A DNA stretch of 64,000 nucleotides from Octopus vulgaris (lineage: Eukaryota). The notes below the pieces were generated by a model, which worked only from the letters and a program-made list of their open reading frames with translations, made no database searches and had not been told where the DNA came from. The DNA lies in assembly GCA_951406725.2 (NCBI GenBank), contig OX597817.1, positions 59,024,001-59,088,000 of the forward strand, given 5' to 3'. A program made the position numbers and the translations under genes. Each line of letters opens with the position of its first letter. Positions within the stretch are counted from its first letter, which is position 1. Shown piece after piece: positions 24,575 to 36,879 of this stretch.

Positions 24575-24790
24575 TGTGCGTGTGTGTTTGTCCCCCTAGC
24601 ATTGCTTGACAACCGATGTTGGTGTATTTACATCCCCGTAACTTAGTGGTTCGGCTAAAGAGAACGATAGAATAATTTCTAGGCTAACAAAGAATAAATA
24701 CTGAGGTAGATTTGTTCGACTAAAGGCGGTGCTCCAGCATGCTCGCAGTCAAATGACTGAAACAAGTAAAAGAATAAAAGAATAAAAGAA
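24575..24790 (+). mobile_element. SINE family A, 3' half beginning at the internal microsatellite
   Basis: GTGTTTGTCCCCCTAGCATTGCTTGACAACCGATG..GACTGAAACAAGTAAAAGAATAAAAGAA. Confidence 0.85.
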
Positions 24791-24884
24791 TATATATATA
24801 TATACACATATATATAAGAATTTTTTTGCGTAATAAGATAAAAAACCGAGGCTGTATAGATATTAGAGCATTTATAGATAGAAG

Positions 24885-24936
24885 GTCTTACAGCTGTTTC
24901 TAGGATATTAATTAATAATATCCTTTCATCGGAGAC
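24885..24936 (-). ncRNA. Minimal type-I hammerhead ribozyme motif
   Basis: GTCT-CCGATGA-a-AGGATATT..AATATCCT-a-GAAA-CAGCTG-TA-AGAC on the minus strand. Confidence 0.75.
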
Positions 24937-25416
24937 AGTGTGAGAGGAAAAATTAAGTCATAGTTAGTTTCGATGTGATACAAAATAGAGAGTGAGGTGG
25001 AGGAAAGAAAATAGATGTAAGATATGTATGGGTAATTCCCTACTGGGAATGACCAAGTTAAAAAAATCTGCTGGATCTCACTCATGAGGGAATCTTACAT
25101 TGCTTATAAACTCTATATTTGGAAGGACTCATATTAAACTCTGTTGAACTTTTGGATTTTACTCAAAGGATATTGGAATATTGCATATATACCATTATGC
25201 CTATAAAATGGATTTACAACTTCAATATCCATACATATCTTACATCTATATTTTACTCAAAGGATATTGGAATATTGCATATATACCATTATGCCTATAA
25301 AATGGATTTACAACTTCAATATCCATACATATCTTACATCTATTTTCTTTCCTCCACCTCACTCTCTATTTTGCATCACATCTAAACTAACTATGACTTA
25401 ACTATCCTCTCACACC

Positions 25417-25468
25417 GTGTCCGATGAAGGGATATTATTAATTAATATCCTAGAAACAGCTGTAAGAC
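25417..25468 (+). ncRNA. Minimal type-I hammerhead ribozyme motif (one stem-I mismatch)
   Basis: GTGT-CCGATGA-a-GGGATATT..AATATCCT-a-GAAA-CAGCTG-TA-AGAC. Confidence 0.7.
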
Positions 25469-25931
25469 CTTCTATCTATACAGCCTTAGTTTTTTTATCT
25501 TATTACGCAAAAAATTCATATATACACACGCTGACATAGAACCAACGTTGAACTCTTTATTCGCAATATTACCGAATCTGGAACTTAACTATGGTCTGTC
25601 TATAGCACTTATTCAGCATTACCTGACACCTTTGGGTCCAATGACACCATTATCTCTTATAAATATATATATACATTTATAAATGAGGGTGAAAAATTTG
25701 ATATTAATTTAATAATACCATCAGTTTAACACCAAGTGGCTGAGCACATAAAACTAGGGAGATAATACAAATACAAATACACATATGTATACACGCAAAG
25801 CTAGCACATGCCAATGCCAAACATATCTATACGTGAACATTTGTAGAGATGACCCACATTTGGAATAGAAATGCAATTCTCTGCTTTACCTTCAAACATT
25901 CAATTTTGGAGAGAATCCCTTAATGAAGTGT

Positions 25932-25975
<44 letters not shown>

Positions 25976-26142
25976 ACTCGCACGCGCACGTGTATGTTTG
26001 GGAACATGTCCCTGTTTATACTGTGTAACTTCGATCACGACTCTTTCAATTTCATGGTTTTTCATTAGAGAACATTAGTCTAAAGAGGCCGATAGAATAA
26101 TTTCTAGGCTTATAAAGAATAAGTCCTGCGGTAGATATTCTC

Positions 26143-26215
26143 ATGAGCATAAGGCGTAGTGGTTGAGAGCGCGAGCTACAAACCCCAAGATTCCAAGTTC
26201 GATTCCAGGCAGTGA

Positions 26216-26260
<45 letters not shown>

Positions 26261-26330
26261 CAACAACAACAACAACAATAACAACATCGAAAAATACCTT
26301 AGAAATGAGAATCCAGGTTCGAAATTTCCG
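26143..26330 (+). mobile_element. tRNA-derived SINE (further family) with internal (AAT)/(AAC) repeat
   Basis: A-box-like GGCGTAGTGGTT and B-box GTTCGATTCC, followed by a non-tRNA body; flanked by family A fragments. Confidence 0.6.
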
Positions 26331-26569
26331 CAAGACACTTGCCCAAGGTGGCATGTAGTGGGACTGAACCCGGAACCATTTGATTGGTAAGCAAACTACA
26401 TACCACACAGCCACTCCAACGCCTGAGTGAATCGAATGTTTAAGATCAACTTCCTAACTTAAGTGCAGTGCTCCCACAGTATTGTTTCTTCTCAAGCCCT
26501 GGGTCTCTTAAGGCCGGTCACCTAGTTCCCACGGTATATAAATGAACCAATTCCCATGTCACATAAATA

Positions 26570-26800
26570 TTTCTCTAGAGCGAGACTCTGTTGCAGAGTT
26601 CAAGGCCAAGTATTTCGGGGAGGTGGGGATAAATCTATTACGTTGCCCCCATCCCCCAGTGCGTGACTGGTACTTTATTCTGTCAACCCGAAAGAGATGA
26701 AAGGACAAGCTGACCTCCCTGGGATTTGAACCCAGAAAGTCAGAAGAAATGCCGCTAAGCATTTTTTGACCGATGTGTTAAAGGTTTTGCCTGGTCACTG
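26570..26800 (-). mobile_element. Old SINE family B-type copy
   Basis: CTGGTACTTTATT..CCCGAAAGAGATGAAAGG..ATTTGAACCCAGAA..GCCGCTAAGCATTT. Confidence 0.65.
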
Positions 26801-26969
26801 TCTTTTCCAAAGCCTATAACCTTTATTAAAATATGGAAGGAAGCAGGTCAACACCAAAGGTCACTCTTTTAATTCAAATTTTGACTAACATATCCGATAA
26901 CAAGCTCAACGAAATTACCAACGACGAGTGCTTTTGTGTTGTGTGTGCGTGCGCGCATGTGTGTGTGTA

Positions 26970-27427
26970 CAGGGGCTAGACAAAATAATGGAAACATCTA
27001 GCATCATAGCATCATAATTTTGAAATATCTGTAAAACCGTCAAAAGCTTGTTTATTTTTATGTTTTTTTTTTTGTTTATTATTAGTGTTGTTTAATGTGT
27101 TTTGCTAAAGTACTGTCTCGAAAGTAATGACAGCCTTTGAGAAAGAGGGAAAAACTTCCATGTTGAAACAAAACTCTGGAAGAAGACCAAAACTTTCAGA
27201 TAGGGACCGTCGGACTCTTACGCGAATTGTTAGAAAGGATCACAAAAGTACAGCTCTCAAAATTAGCTGAAGAACGGACAAAAATTCCTTTGGAAACAAT
27301 TCAAACTCTGTATGAGTCCATACCTCGTAGAATTCAAGCTGTAATTAATGCCAAATCAGTCCTACCCCATATTAAAATAAATTTGTTTGAAATTTTAAGG
27401 TGTTTCCATTATTTTATCCAACCCCTG
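26970..27427 (+). mobile_element. Internally deleted Tc1-family transposon
   Basis: TIRs CAGGGGCTAGACAAAATAATGGAAACA / TGTTTCCATTATTTTATCCAACCCCTG. Peptides SGRRPKLSDRDRRTLTRIVRK and LYESIPRRIQAVINAK. Confidence 0.9.
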
Positions 27428-27763
27428 TGTATATATATACATACACACACACACACACACACACATGAGTGACAGAGCATCAAAGTGACACTGGGGTACA
27501 AATATACGAAACCCAGTATACCCATCATGACTACCCGTCTGATAAGGGTACACTAGGCATGTATGTACGAATGTGTGCATGCATGTATGCATCCCTTTTT
27601 TCATAAGTCCCACGTTACTCTGGTCGTTGAAAAAATTGGGGATGTTTATCATATATGAAGCATGGATGCCAGGAAAATATGTCCTGCGTTTCCCCTGCGA
27701 TACACATGAGAGGAAAATAGTTTAGGCGGGATTGAATTGGCTGTCATGGTTGTGTTGATAAAG

Positions 27764-28180
27764 GCGGCGAGTCGGGAGAACCGTTATTGCAGCGGGCGAA
27801 ATGCTTAGTGGTATTTTGCCTGCCGTTACGTTCTGAGTTCAAATTCCGCCGAGGTCGACTTTGCCTTTCATCGTTTCGGTGTCGATTAAATAAGTACCAG
27901 TTACGCACTGGGGTCGATATAATCGACTTAATCCGTTTGTCTGTCCTTGTTTGTCCCCTCTATGTTTAGCCCTTTGTGGGTAGTAAAGAAATAGGTATTT
28001 CGTTTGCCACTACGTTCTGAGTTCAAATTCCACCAAAGTCGATTTTACCTTTCATCCTTTCGGGGTCGATTAAATAAGTACCAGTTACACACTGGAGTCC
28101 ATATATAATCGACTTAACCCGTTTGTCTGTCCTTGTTTGTCCTCTCTGTGTTTAACCCCTTGTGGGTAGTAAAGAAATAG
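27764..28180 (+). mobile_element. SINE family B tandem dimer
   Basis: Two units joined at AAAGAAATA|GGTATTTCGT; 12-bp TSD GTGTTGATAAAG (27752, 28181). Confidence 0.9.
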
Positions 28181-28615
28181 GTGTTGATAAAGCTTTGATC
28201 ATGGATTTTATTTCACGATCAGGCCTGGCCAGTTGTAATACAACTTCTGCAGTCATTTCACAAACAAACTGGAAGATTATTCATATGAGAAGGTATGCGG
28301 AGAAAGGAATGTCTCAGGTGAGAGATATGTCGCTGTTTACTTGCTATATCACGTGCACAGTGGTCTCACGTGACTACTAACTTCATATCTGTCAGCTGAA
28401 AACTGGTTCTCTGTCTCTCTCTCTCTGAAAAAATTACCAGCAGTTTCTTTTTAGAAAATTTTTCTTTATCAGAAAGAATTTTTTTCTTGTTTTTCTTTCA
28501 TGTGATAAAAAAAAAAAAGAAAAGTATTTTGGAAAAACAAAAAGAAGAGGAAAAAAACTTGTTTCATTGTCCTCTCGTCCCAAATTATTCTTATTGTCAA
28601 TGGATATTGACTCAC

Positions 28616-28785
28616 TCGCTTCTGATAAAGACATTCTTCTCGGGGAGATGACTAAAATTCCCCTCCCCCCCCCCCACCGCCGCCGCCGCCATGGAAAAAT
28701 AAACAATCGGTTTCTCACTGCTGTTTTGGGTGATTTTAGACGAATGGGTTCGGGTGTGTGTGAGTGCAACGGAATAACACACACA

Positions 28786-28826
<41 letters not shown>

Positions 28827-28960
28827 ACACACACACACACATTCTCTCCCCACCACTCGCTCTCATTCTCCCCCCTCTCTCTCTCTCTCTCTGTCTTTCT
28901 TTCCTTGGGCCCTTATATCTTGACGGAATCGCAAGGGGGACGTCGTCCCTGACATATTAT
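28616..28960 (-). promoter_or_regulatory. Possible promoter or first exon of a minus-strand gene
   Basis: Unique CpG-containing island, minus-strand GATATAAG near 28915, and ATG-TCT-TTA-TCA-GAA-GCG-A followed by a consensus GTGAGT donor at 28615. Confidence 0.25.
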
Positions 28961-29064
28961 AAATGCATTTTGGTTATTTTAAACCTGTCGGAGCCTGTCT
29001 GTCCCTTTCCAGGTCTTATCTGACCACAGATTCTTCCAGAGATAGAATCAACGAAGGTGGTGGC

Positions 29065-29396
29065 GGCGATGGTTGACGGCGGTGGCGGCGATGGTTGACG
29101 GCAGTGGTGATGGTGACAGTAGCGGCGGCGGCGTTGGTGGTAGTGGTGAATGGTGGTGATGTTGTTGTTAGTGGTGGTGGGGGGGGTGATGGTGGTGATG
29201 GGGGGGGTTTTGGTGGTGATGGTGATGGTGGTGGTGGTGGTGGTGGTGGTGGTGATGGTGGTGGTGATGGTGGTGGTGGTGGTGGTGATGGTTTTGGTTT
29301 TGGTGGTGATGGTGGTGGTGGTTTTGGTGGTGATGGGGGTGATGGTGGTGATGGTGGTGGTTTTGGTGGTGATGGTGGTGGTGGTGGTGGTGGTGA
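29065..29396. repeat. Degenerate (GGT)n/(GAT) trinucleotide array
   Basis: Seen directly. Confidence 0.9.
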
Positions 29397-29776
29397 TACT
29401 TCAGTTGTTGATGAAAGCGATGTCTGTTTTGAGATTGGATAATGTCGATAGAGTAAGATACACACCTAAATGACAGGATGGTCTCAGCTGGAATGTCTTT
29501 GTTCATATTTATACTCATTCAGAGTTCAACACAGGCTAAACAACAACAACAACAGGAACGGCAGCAACAACAACAACAACTATACAGAGACGGCCACAAT
29601 AACAACAACAGCAACAATTTTAATGATGTTGTTTGGGACAAAACCGTTTTAGACCGAAACAATCCATACCAGTAATTATACGAGCAATAAATGGTTACAC
29701 ACGGTTGTGGCATTTAATGTGGAATGTCTGGGCGTCAATCTTCCAAGGCTGGGGATTTTCAAGTAAAGAAAGGAAG

Positions 29777-29960
29777 AAGGCGTTGCTGTGGGGCAGGGAG
29801 CTAGCTGTCCGACCTATATGGGTCCGGGTTCTTGAGCAAATGTCTTCTACTACAACCCCGAGCCGACCAAAGTATTCTGAGAGGATTTGGTAGACGAAAA
29901 CTGAAAGAAGCCCGTCGTATGTGCTATGTGTGTATGTAGCTGTGTGCGTGTGCGTGCGAA

Positions 29961-30000
<40 letters not shown>

Positions 30001-30270
30001 CGATGTGTGTGTGTGTGTGCGTGCGAGTGTGTGTGCGCGTGTGTAGATGTGTGTGGTGGGGGGCTGTCTTTGGGTCTGCGTTTGCCCCACCACCACCACC
30101 GCCGCTTAAAGACCGTTGGTGATGCGTTTACGCCACTGTAACTTAGCGGTTCGGCTACAAGAGACGGATAGAATATGTACCAGACTTAGAAATAAAAAGT
30201 ACGGGGGTCGATACGTTCTTCAAGGCGGTGCCCCAGCATGGCGGCAGTCTAATGACTGAAACAAGTAAAG
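29777..30270 (+). mobile_element. SINE family A, diverged full copy with internal (GT)n
   Basis: GATTTGGTAGACGAAAACTGAAAGAAGCCCGTCG..(GT)n..CCCCAGCATGG..GACTGAAACAAGTAAA. Confidence 0.8.
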
Positions 30271-30314
30271 ACAGATTTTTGGAAAGAGAATTTTTATAGA
30301 CTAAAAATTCTTTC

Positions 30315-30505
30315 TAATTTTCGCAAAAGGCCAACAATTTTGGGAGTGAAGCAAGTAGATTACATCGACCCCCGTACTTGACTGGTACTATATTTTATCG
30401 GCCCTAAAGGGATAAAAGGCACAGTCGACGTAGGCGGAATTTGAATTCAGAATGGAATGTGTAAGCATTTTGTTCGACGCGCTAAAAATTCTGCCAGTTC
30501 TCAAC
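30315..30505 (-). mobile_element. Old SINE family B-type copy
   Basis: CTGGTACT..TTTATCGG..AAAGGCACAGTCGAC..GCGGAATTTGAATTCAGAA. Confidence 0.7.
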
Positions 30506-30891
30506 CAAGTCGTCCTCAATTCAGACATCAAATATAATAAAATCACGTGGATGGAAAGGGAATACCAGAAGGAAGGAATGGGTTTAGGGGTTAGTGTTGG
30601 GTCCAGACAGTATATTAGGGAGTCATAATTTGAGGAATTAGAGAAAGGGTTGCGGTGTGAGGTTAGAATTGTTATATTGTTACCTGGTACGACGCAGTAG
30701 AGGCCATACTAATAGCTGAAGGAGAGAAAGGAGAGAGAGAAAGCGAGGAGAGAGGGAGAGAGAGAAAGCGAGAGGAGAGGGAGATAGAGAAGGGAGAGGG
30801 AGAAAGAAAAGCAGACAGACAAATAGGCGGACAGATCAAAAGAGACAGAGCATCTGTGATATAGAAATTTAGATGCGCTAGGGAATGTTTC

Positions 30892-30956
<65 letters not shown>

Positions 30957-31549
30957 TGAATCATCTCGCGAAACGGTATGAAACGGTGTTAAACCCGCAT
31001 TCCGTCGCTAAATCTTTAAAAAATCTATTAAATTTAGTGACAAAACGACAGAAAATTTAAAGTTGAGGGTGCGTGCATGTATGGACGGGTGGACATAAAG
31101 AACGAACACATTTGTAACACCCACCCGATATTAAATCCTTTCATTTGTGTTTACTCGTCACATCATTTGCCAAACCCTTTTCAAACGTGCACAGAGGAAT
31201 GTTTTTTAAGACATTTCCTAGAAATTGTTTTACGACGAAAAACTTGATGTGTTTAAAAAATGATCGACCACCTCATCTGGATAAAAATAACTGCATAAAC
31301 GCGTGAAAATATTTAGAATTTTTCAGACCACGAGATACAGCGAGAAAGTAAAGTTGTGCGGACGTAAAAGAAAACAAAGCTAACTCTTTCGTTTCTTGTA
31401 TTTGCTGTTGTATGTTTCTCGTCAAAGTTTGGAGGCAAAAAAAAAAAACAGAAATTGAAACTTCAACAAAATGCTTAATGAGAGATTTGTTGCGTTTTGT
31501 CTCATATTTAGAAGATTTTTGTAGACAATTGAGTCTAGTATGTGAAGTT

Positions 31550-32148
<599 letters not shown>

Positions 32149-32164
32149 TATATATATATATATA

Positions 32165-32330
32165 TACGACGCGCTTCTTTCAGTTTCCGTCTACAAAATC
32201 TACTCACAAGGTTTTGGTCAACCCGAGGCTATAGTAGAAGATACCTGCCCAATGTCCCACACAGTGGAACTGAACCCCGAACCAAGTGGTTGGGAAGCAA
32301 GCTTCTTACCACACAGCCACTCCTGCTCCT
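32165..32330 (-). mobile_element. SINE family A, 5' half
   Basis: ACGACGCGCTTCTTTCAGTTTCCGTCTAC..CTTACCACACAGCCACTCC. Confidence 0.85.
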
Positions 32331-32339
32331 GTTTGCTTT

Positions 32340-32800
32340 TATGGTATAATAAAGATAATTTTACATTAAATTTAAGGAGTACTCAATACATTTGGTTGAG
32401 TACAAATTTATTATTCTTTAACAAGTATAGCATTGAGAGTGATTTCGAAGTTTCGGCCATCTAAGCCATCATCGGTTTGATGAGGACACGCACGCTATCC
32501 ACCCCACTGTATGAATGCCTTTGTATTGTCGAAGGAGCAGCGATTGTTATGTCACCATTGTAGAATGCGTCCTAGGTTTCCTTCACGAGCGATGAAGTGG
32601 ATTTGATGTGGAGTGTCTGAGATAAAATATAACTAAGATAACGCCTGACTGTGGGAGGCTTTACCAGGATTAGACAGGATAGTATTATGTGCATAGAATG
32701 AGCATTGTCAGAGGTGACATCATGTTAGATAACAATCTAAAGGAAGATGAGTGGTGATGATACAGCCTTCGTGTACTCAGAGAGAGCTTCATTTGTGAAC
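32340..32800 (-). mobile_element. Probable Penelope-like 3' remnant with decayed hammerhead
   Basis: Minus strand CCGATGA-T-GGC..GCC-GAAAC at 32450-32475 followed by AATAATAAA; distal boundary uncertain. Confidence 0.45.
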
Positions 32801-33234
32801 GCCTCGGCATTACGATTCGTGAGGAACGAAATTACTTTTGGCGATGACATTACGAATTAAGTTCACTTTTAGAATTCAACATATTGAGAGGAAAACGTCA
32901 TAATGAAAATGTTTTTCACAGATGCGCATACAGCACAATGTAGACAATTGAGAATATGGTTTAAGGAATTCAACTAGCTGACCCTAATATCCTCGAGTTT
33001 GTGTTACCGCTGTCTTTCAGTTTCCAAATATGATATGAAAGAGAGGTGGTATTCCTTTTTCAGAGCGCTTACAAGAAAATGCGTGCGTGTAATGCACCTC
33101 CGGACCCTCCTCTCCCATACACACCACATTTTTGAACCAGCCTGGCATGGTCAACTTATATTGTCTCTCTTTCTCTATCGTCCCCTCTCTCTCTCTCTCT
33201 CACTGACTCTTTGTCTTCCACAGCTTCTTCTTTC

Positions 33235-33535
33235 AGTTTCCCTCTTCCTACCAATATACTCAAGCCTTTTTCTCTTAATATGTTGTCCAGTAAAGCGATC
33301 CAAATGTCTCCTTATGTTGTTGAGAAACCTTTTGGTGGCCTCTATTCATCTCATAGCATCAATGTTTGTCACTCTTGTTATTCACAGGGCATCTTCAGTA
33401 TCCTTCCAACGAACCAAATTCTGCGGCATATTGATAATATTTTGCACGTGTTTGTTAATGTTCCGGGTCAAACAGCTATGTGTGAGAATGGGTTCGGTGT
33501 ATGACCAAGTACTCTCTGCCTCACACTGTTTCATA
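33235..33535 (-). mobile_element. RTE-clade LINE remnant
   Basis: Decayed AEFGSLEGY/RILKMP*ITRVTN..LNNIRR..FTGQHIKRKRLEY peptide resembles the RTE post-RT region. Confidence 0.55.
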
Positions 33536-33570
33536 GCCATGTATGTGTGCATGTATGTAGGTATGTATGT

Positions 33571-33725
33571 TATTATTCAGTTTTATTTCAAGATTTCTTG
33601 CCAATAGAGAAAGAGCCGGTTTCTAACCTAGATCCAAGGCTCCTTCATTGGAATTTCAACACAAAAAACAGGGTAGTTTTGTATGTATGTATACGGGCAG
33701 ATTTGTATGTTTTGTTTTATATGTC

Positions 33726-33786
<61 letters not shown>

Positions 33787-33981
33787 TTGCATATCTAGAC
33801 ATGCTCATATATACTTAAATGGAAAGTTTTACAGATTTATATAGTTCCAGCAATGGCTTGGATCTGTAGTCTTCTCCTTTCTGGTTTCTCACGATGAGTA
33901 TTTAGGTAGTGTGTTACACATCCCAATGCCCCAATAATTACAGGTATAAACCTGAACTTGTAATCTTGAATATAGTAACTT
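33571..33981 (-). mobile_element. R4/Dong-like (RLE) LINE 3' fragment
   Basis: Same 3' UTR as 35955 (CCAATAGAGAAAGAGCCGGTTTCTAACCTAGATCCAAGG) and FRFIPVIIG peptide; 3' end abuts (ATGT)n. Confidence 0.85.
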
Positions 33982-33984
33982 GGA

Positions 33985-34342
33985 TCGAGGGTATTTTAGA
34001 TTTCAAAAAACCCTCGATCCAATAACACGGTTTACAAACTCTATGCTTAAAATGACCAATTTTAAATACTATTGGAACTTTTTACAGGAAACATATATGT
34101 ATACCAATCTGCTTAAATAATGGAACTGCAGATACAATACCCCTGCATATTTCGCGTCTATTTTCATTCCTCCTCTTCACTCTCTATTTCATATCTTCTC
34201 TAGAATAACTATTGCTTAACTATTTTCTCGCACCGTCTCTGATGAAGGGATATATAAAATATCCCGGAAACAGCTGTAAGACCTTCTCTTAATAAATGTT
34301 CTGAAATCTTTCACAGCCTTGGATTTTTATCTCATTCTGTTA

Positions 34343-34345
<3 letters not shown>
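33985..34345 (+). mobile_element. Penelope-like pseudo-LTR
   Basis: Homologous to 25330-25520; contains a hammerhead motif. Confidence 0.7.
34235..34282 (+). ncRNA. Minimal type-I hammerhead ribozyme motif (best-preserved core)
   Basis: GTCT-CTGATGA-a-GGGATAT-ataaa-ATATCCC-g-GAAA-CAGCTG-TA-AGAC. Confidence 0.8.
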
Positions 34346-34375
<30 letters not shown>

Positions 34376-34422
34376 CATACATACATACATACATACATAC
34401 GTACATACATACATGTATGTAT

Positions 34423-34475
<53 letters not shown>

Positions 34476-34488
34476 TTCTTTTATTCTT

Positions 34489-34521
<33 letters not shown>

Positions 34522-34779
34522 GCGTGTGTGTGTGTGTATTTGTGGTAAAATATGTGTCGGGACATAGGTGTGTGCATGAGTGTGTATAAGTGTAGGTTAC
34601 TGATATCTCTCAAGTGTATATACACGTGTAAATAGAGAGGACGGTGTGATGGGGCGACGGTGGGTAAGGTGGGATGGAGAAAGCTGAGAGGAGGAAAAGA
34701 ATTTGAACAATTTAGAATGCAAGTATGTTGTACAAAGCCGACATAAGACCTTCGTTCACTCAGCCAGCTTGGTTGAGAG

Positions 34780-35260
34780 GGGGGGAGGGGGAGACACAGA
34801 CAGGCAAGCAGACAGACAGACACAGAGAGAGGAAAAGTCGTTCTGTTTGATAGAGAGACAGATTAGAGAGAGACAGAAAGATACAGACTGAGAGACAGAC
34901 AGAGACAGAGAGACAGAATGGAGAGATACAGGGAGAGAAAGAGAGAGAGAGAGAGAGAGAAGGTCGTTTTGCTTGACAGAGAGAGCGACAGACAGACAGG
35001 CAGAATCGGAAGGGAGAGACACAGGGAGAGCGAGAGAGACAGACAGACAGACAAACAGAAGGGAGAGACACAGGGAGAAAGAGAGAGACAGACAGACAGA
35101 CAGAAGGGAGAGATACAGGGAGAAAGAGAGAGAGAGAAGGTCGTTTTGCTTGAAAGAGAGAGAGACAGACACAGAGAGAGAAGGGTGATAGAGAGAGACA
35201 GAAGGGGAAGACACAGGGGGAGAGAGAGAGTGGGGAGGAGGAAGGTCGTTCTGTTTGATT
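34780..35260. repeat. GA/GACA-rich array punctuated by four GTCGTTYTGYTTGA units
   Basis: Units at 34837, 34963, 35140 and 35245. Confidence 0.8.
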
Positions 35261-35954
35261 ATATATAGTGAAATGTCTTTCCCTACCGATCCTGATACTA
35301 AATACACGTGTTGCTTTATTGAGACACGTTAAATCCACGAGCACTTTTATAACGGATTAAAAGCACACAGCACGAGCCCAGCCGAGCAGGGGGGAAAAAA
35401 AACAACAAAATAGCTGAAATACTCGGCAAGTTCACCGTGTTATTAAACAAACACAAACGCGCATACAAACAAATACACGAGCGTGTGTGGTGTGTGTGTG
35501 TGTGTGTGTGTGTGCTAAAGTATGTTAGGATTTTTTTTCTCATATGTTTCTGGCCAAGGGTTTCAATTTCGTCTTCAAGATGTTAGCCTCATAACTAACA
35601 TACAAATATTCTGCAATGAAATATCATCGTTGTTAAATAGTTTCGTTGCTTTTCGTTCGTTCTTTGAATGCAAATATTTGTTTTAACCGAAATCGATGAA
35701 TTGTTCAGGCGAGGAACGAATCGAACATTTGATCACAACAGCGATTATCGTTTTTTAAAATTATTTTATCTAGGATTAAGTGTTTATATCTAATAAACAC
35801 ATAGTAATGCAATTTAAAATATACCCTATCTATATGTATGTCTCGTATGTATGTATGTATGTATGTATGTATGTATGTATGTATGTATGTATGTATGTAT
35901 GTATGTATGTATGTACGTACGTATGTACGTATGTATGTATGTATGTATGTATGT

Positions 35955-36532
35955 CATTATTCAGTTTATTTCAAGCTTTCTTACCAATAGAGAAAGAACC
36001 GGTTTCTAACCTAGATCCAAGGTTCCCTCATTGGAATTTCAACATCAGCAACAGGGTATTTTTGTATGTATGTATATAGATTTGTATGTCTTGCTGTATG
36101 TATGTATTCTCATGCATATAGCTACATATCTAGACAAGCTCATATATATTTAAAGGATAAACTTCTGGAAAGTTTTACAGATTTTTACAGTTCCAGTGAT
36201 GGATTGAATCTGTAGTCTTCGAATTAGCTTTCTCCTTTCTGGTTTTAATAAGACTAATTTCTCAAGATTGGTATTTAGGCAGTGTGTTACATATCCCAGG
36301 GCCCCAATAATTACTGGTATAAACCTGAAATTGTAATCTGGCAAGAGTAAGCGCAGATTTCTTAATAGTTCAGCATAGGTGTTCTCTTTTTCATTGACCT
36401 TCAGCTTTATGTTGACATCCGCCGGGCAGCTAACTTCCACAACTGTGCACAGTTTCTCTTCTCCATCCCAGATCATTATATCAGGCTTACTGTGCTTATA
36501 TTTTATTGAGGTCTTCACTGGTACATTGCAGT
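35955..36532 (-). mobile_element. R4/Dong-like LINE 3' fragment with restriction-like endonuclease domain, flanked on both sides by (ATGT)n
   Basis: ORF 36150-36518: KPDIMIWD..VVEVSCPADVNIKLKVNEKENTY..FIPVIIGALG, a PD-(D/E)xK RLE of R4-clade type. Confidence 0.9.
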
Positions 36533-36879
36533 GTATGTACCTATGTTTGTATGTACGTATGTATATATGTATGTACGTATGTATATGTGTGTATGTATGT
36601 ACATATGTATGTATGTACGTGTGTATATATGTATATACGTATGTATGTACCTATGTTTGTATGTATATATGTGTGTATGTATGTATATATGTATGTATGT
36701 AGGTATGCATGTATGTACGTACGTATGTATCCTTAGATGTTCTTATCCAAAAAAAGAAACACACTCTAAAGCATCAGAGCAGTGATGTATCTTGATAGGA
36801 AGTTCGAAGTATGATGGCTGGTCATAGAGTGACCATGGGTTTCGTACCTACAAAGCGCTTAGCAGCGTAAGCAACTCGT

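Larger units (their letters stand above)
24812..25523. mobile_element. Penelope-like pseudo-LTR pair in inverted (tails-out) orientation
   Basis: ~24812-25030 is the reverse complement of ~25323-25523, and each arm holds a hammerhead motif. Internal 94-bp tandem duplication at 25157/25251. Confidence 0.8.

Noticed and set aside
28682-28702. Perfect Kozak GCCGCCGCCATGG on the plus strand
   Set aside because: Reads M-E-K-stop and derives from a (GCC)n run
29016-29518. Poly-Pro, poly-Gly and poly-His ORFs resembling extensin or His-rich proteins
   Set aside because: Several frames are open only because of the (GGT)n array; no supported splice or start context
34837-35258. CRISPR-like repeat-spacer pattern
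   Set aside because: Eukaryotic context, 14-bp repeats, low-complexity spacers of unequal length and no cas genes
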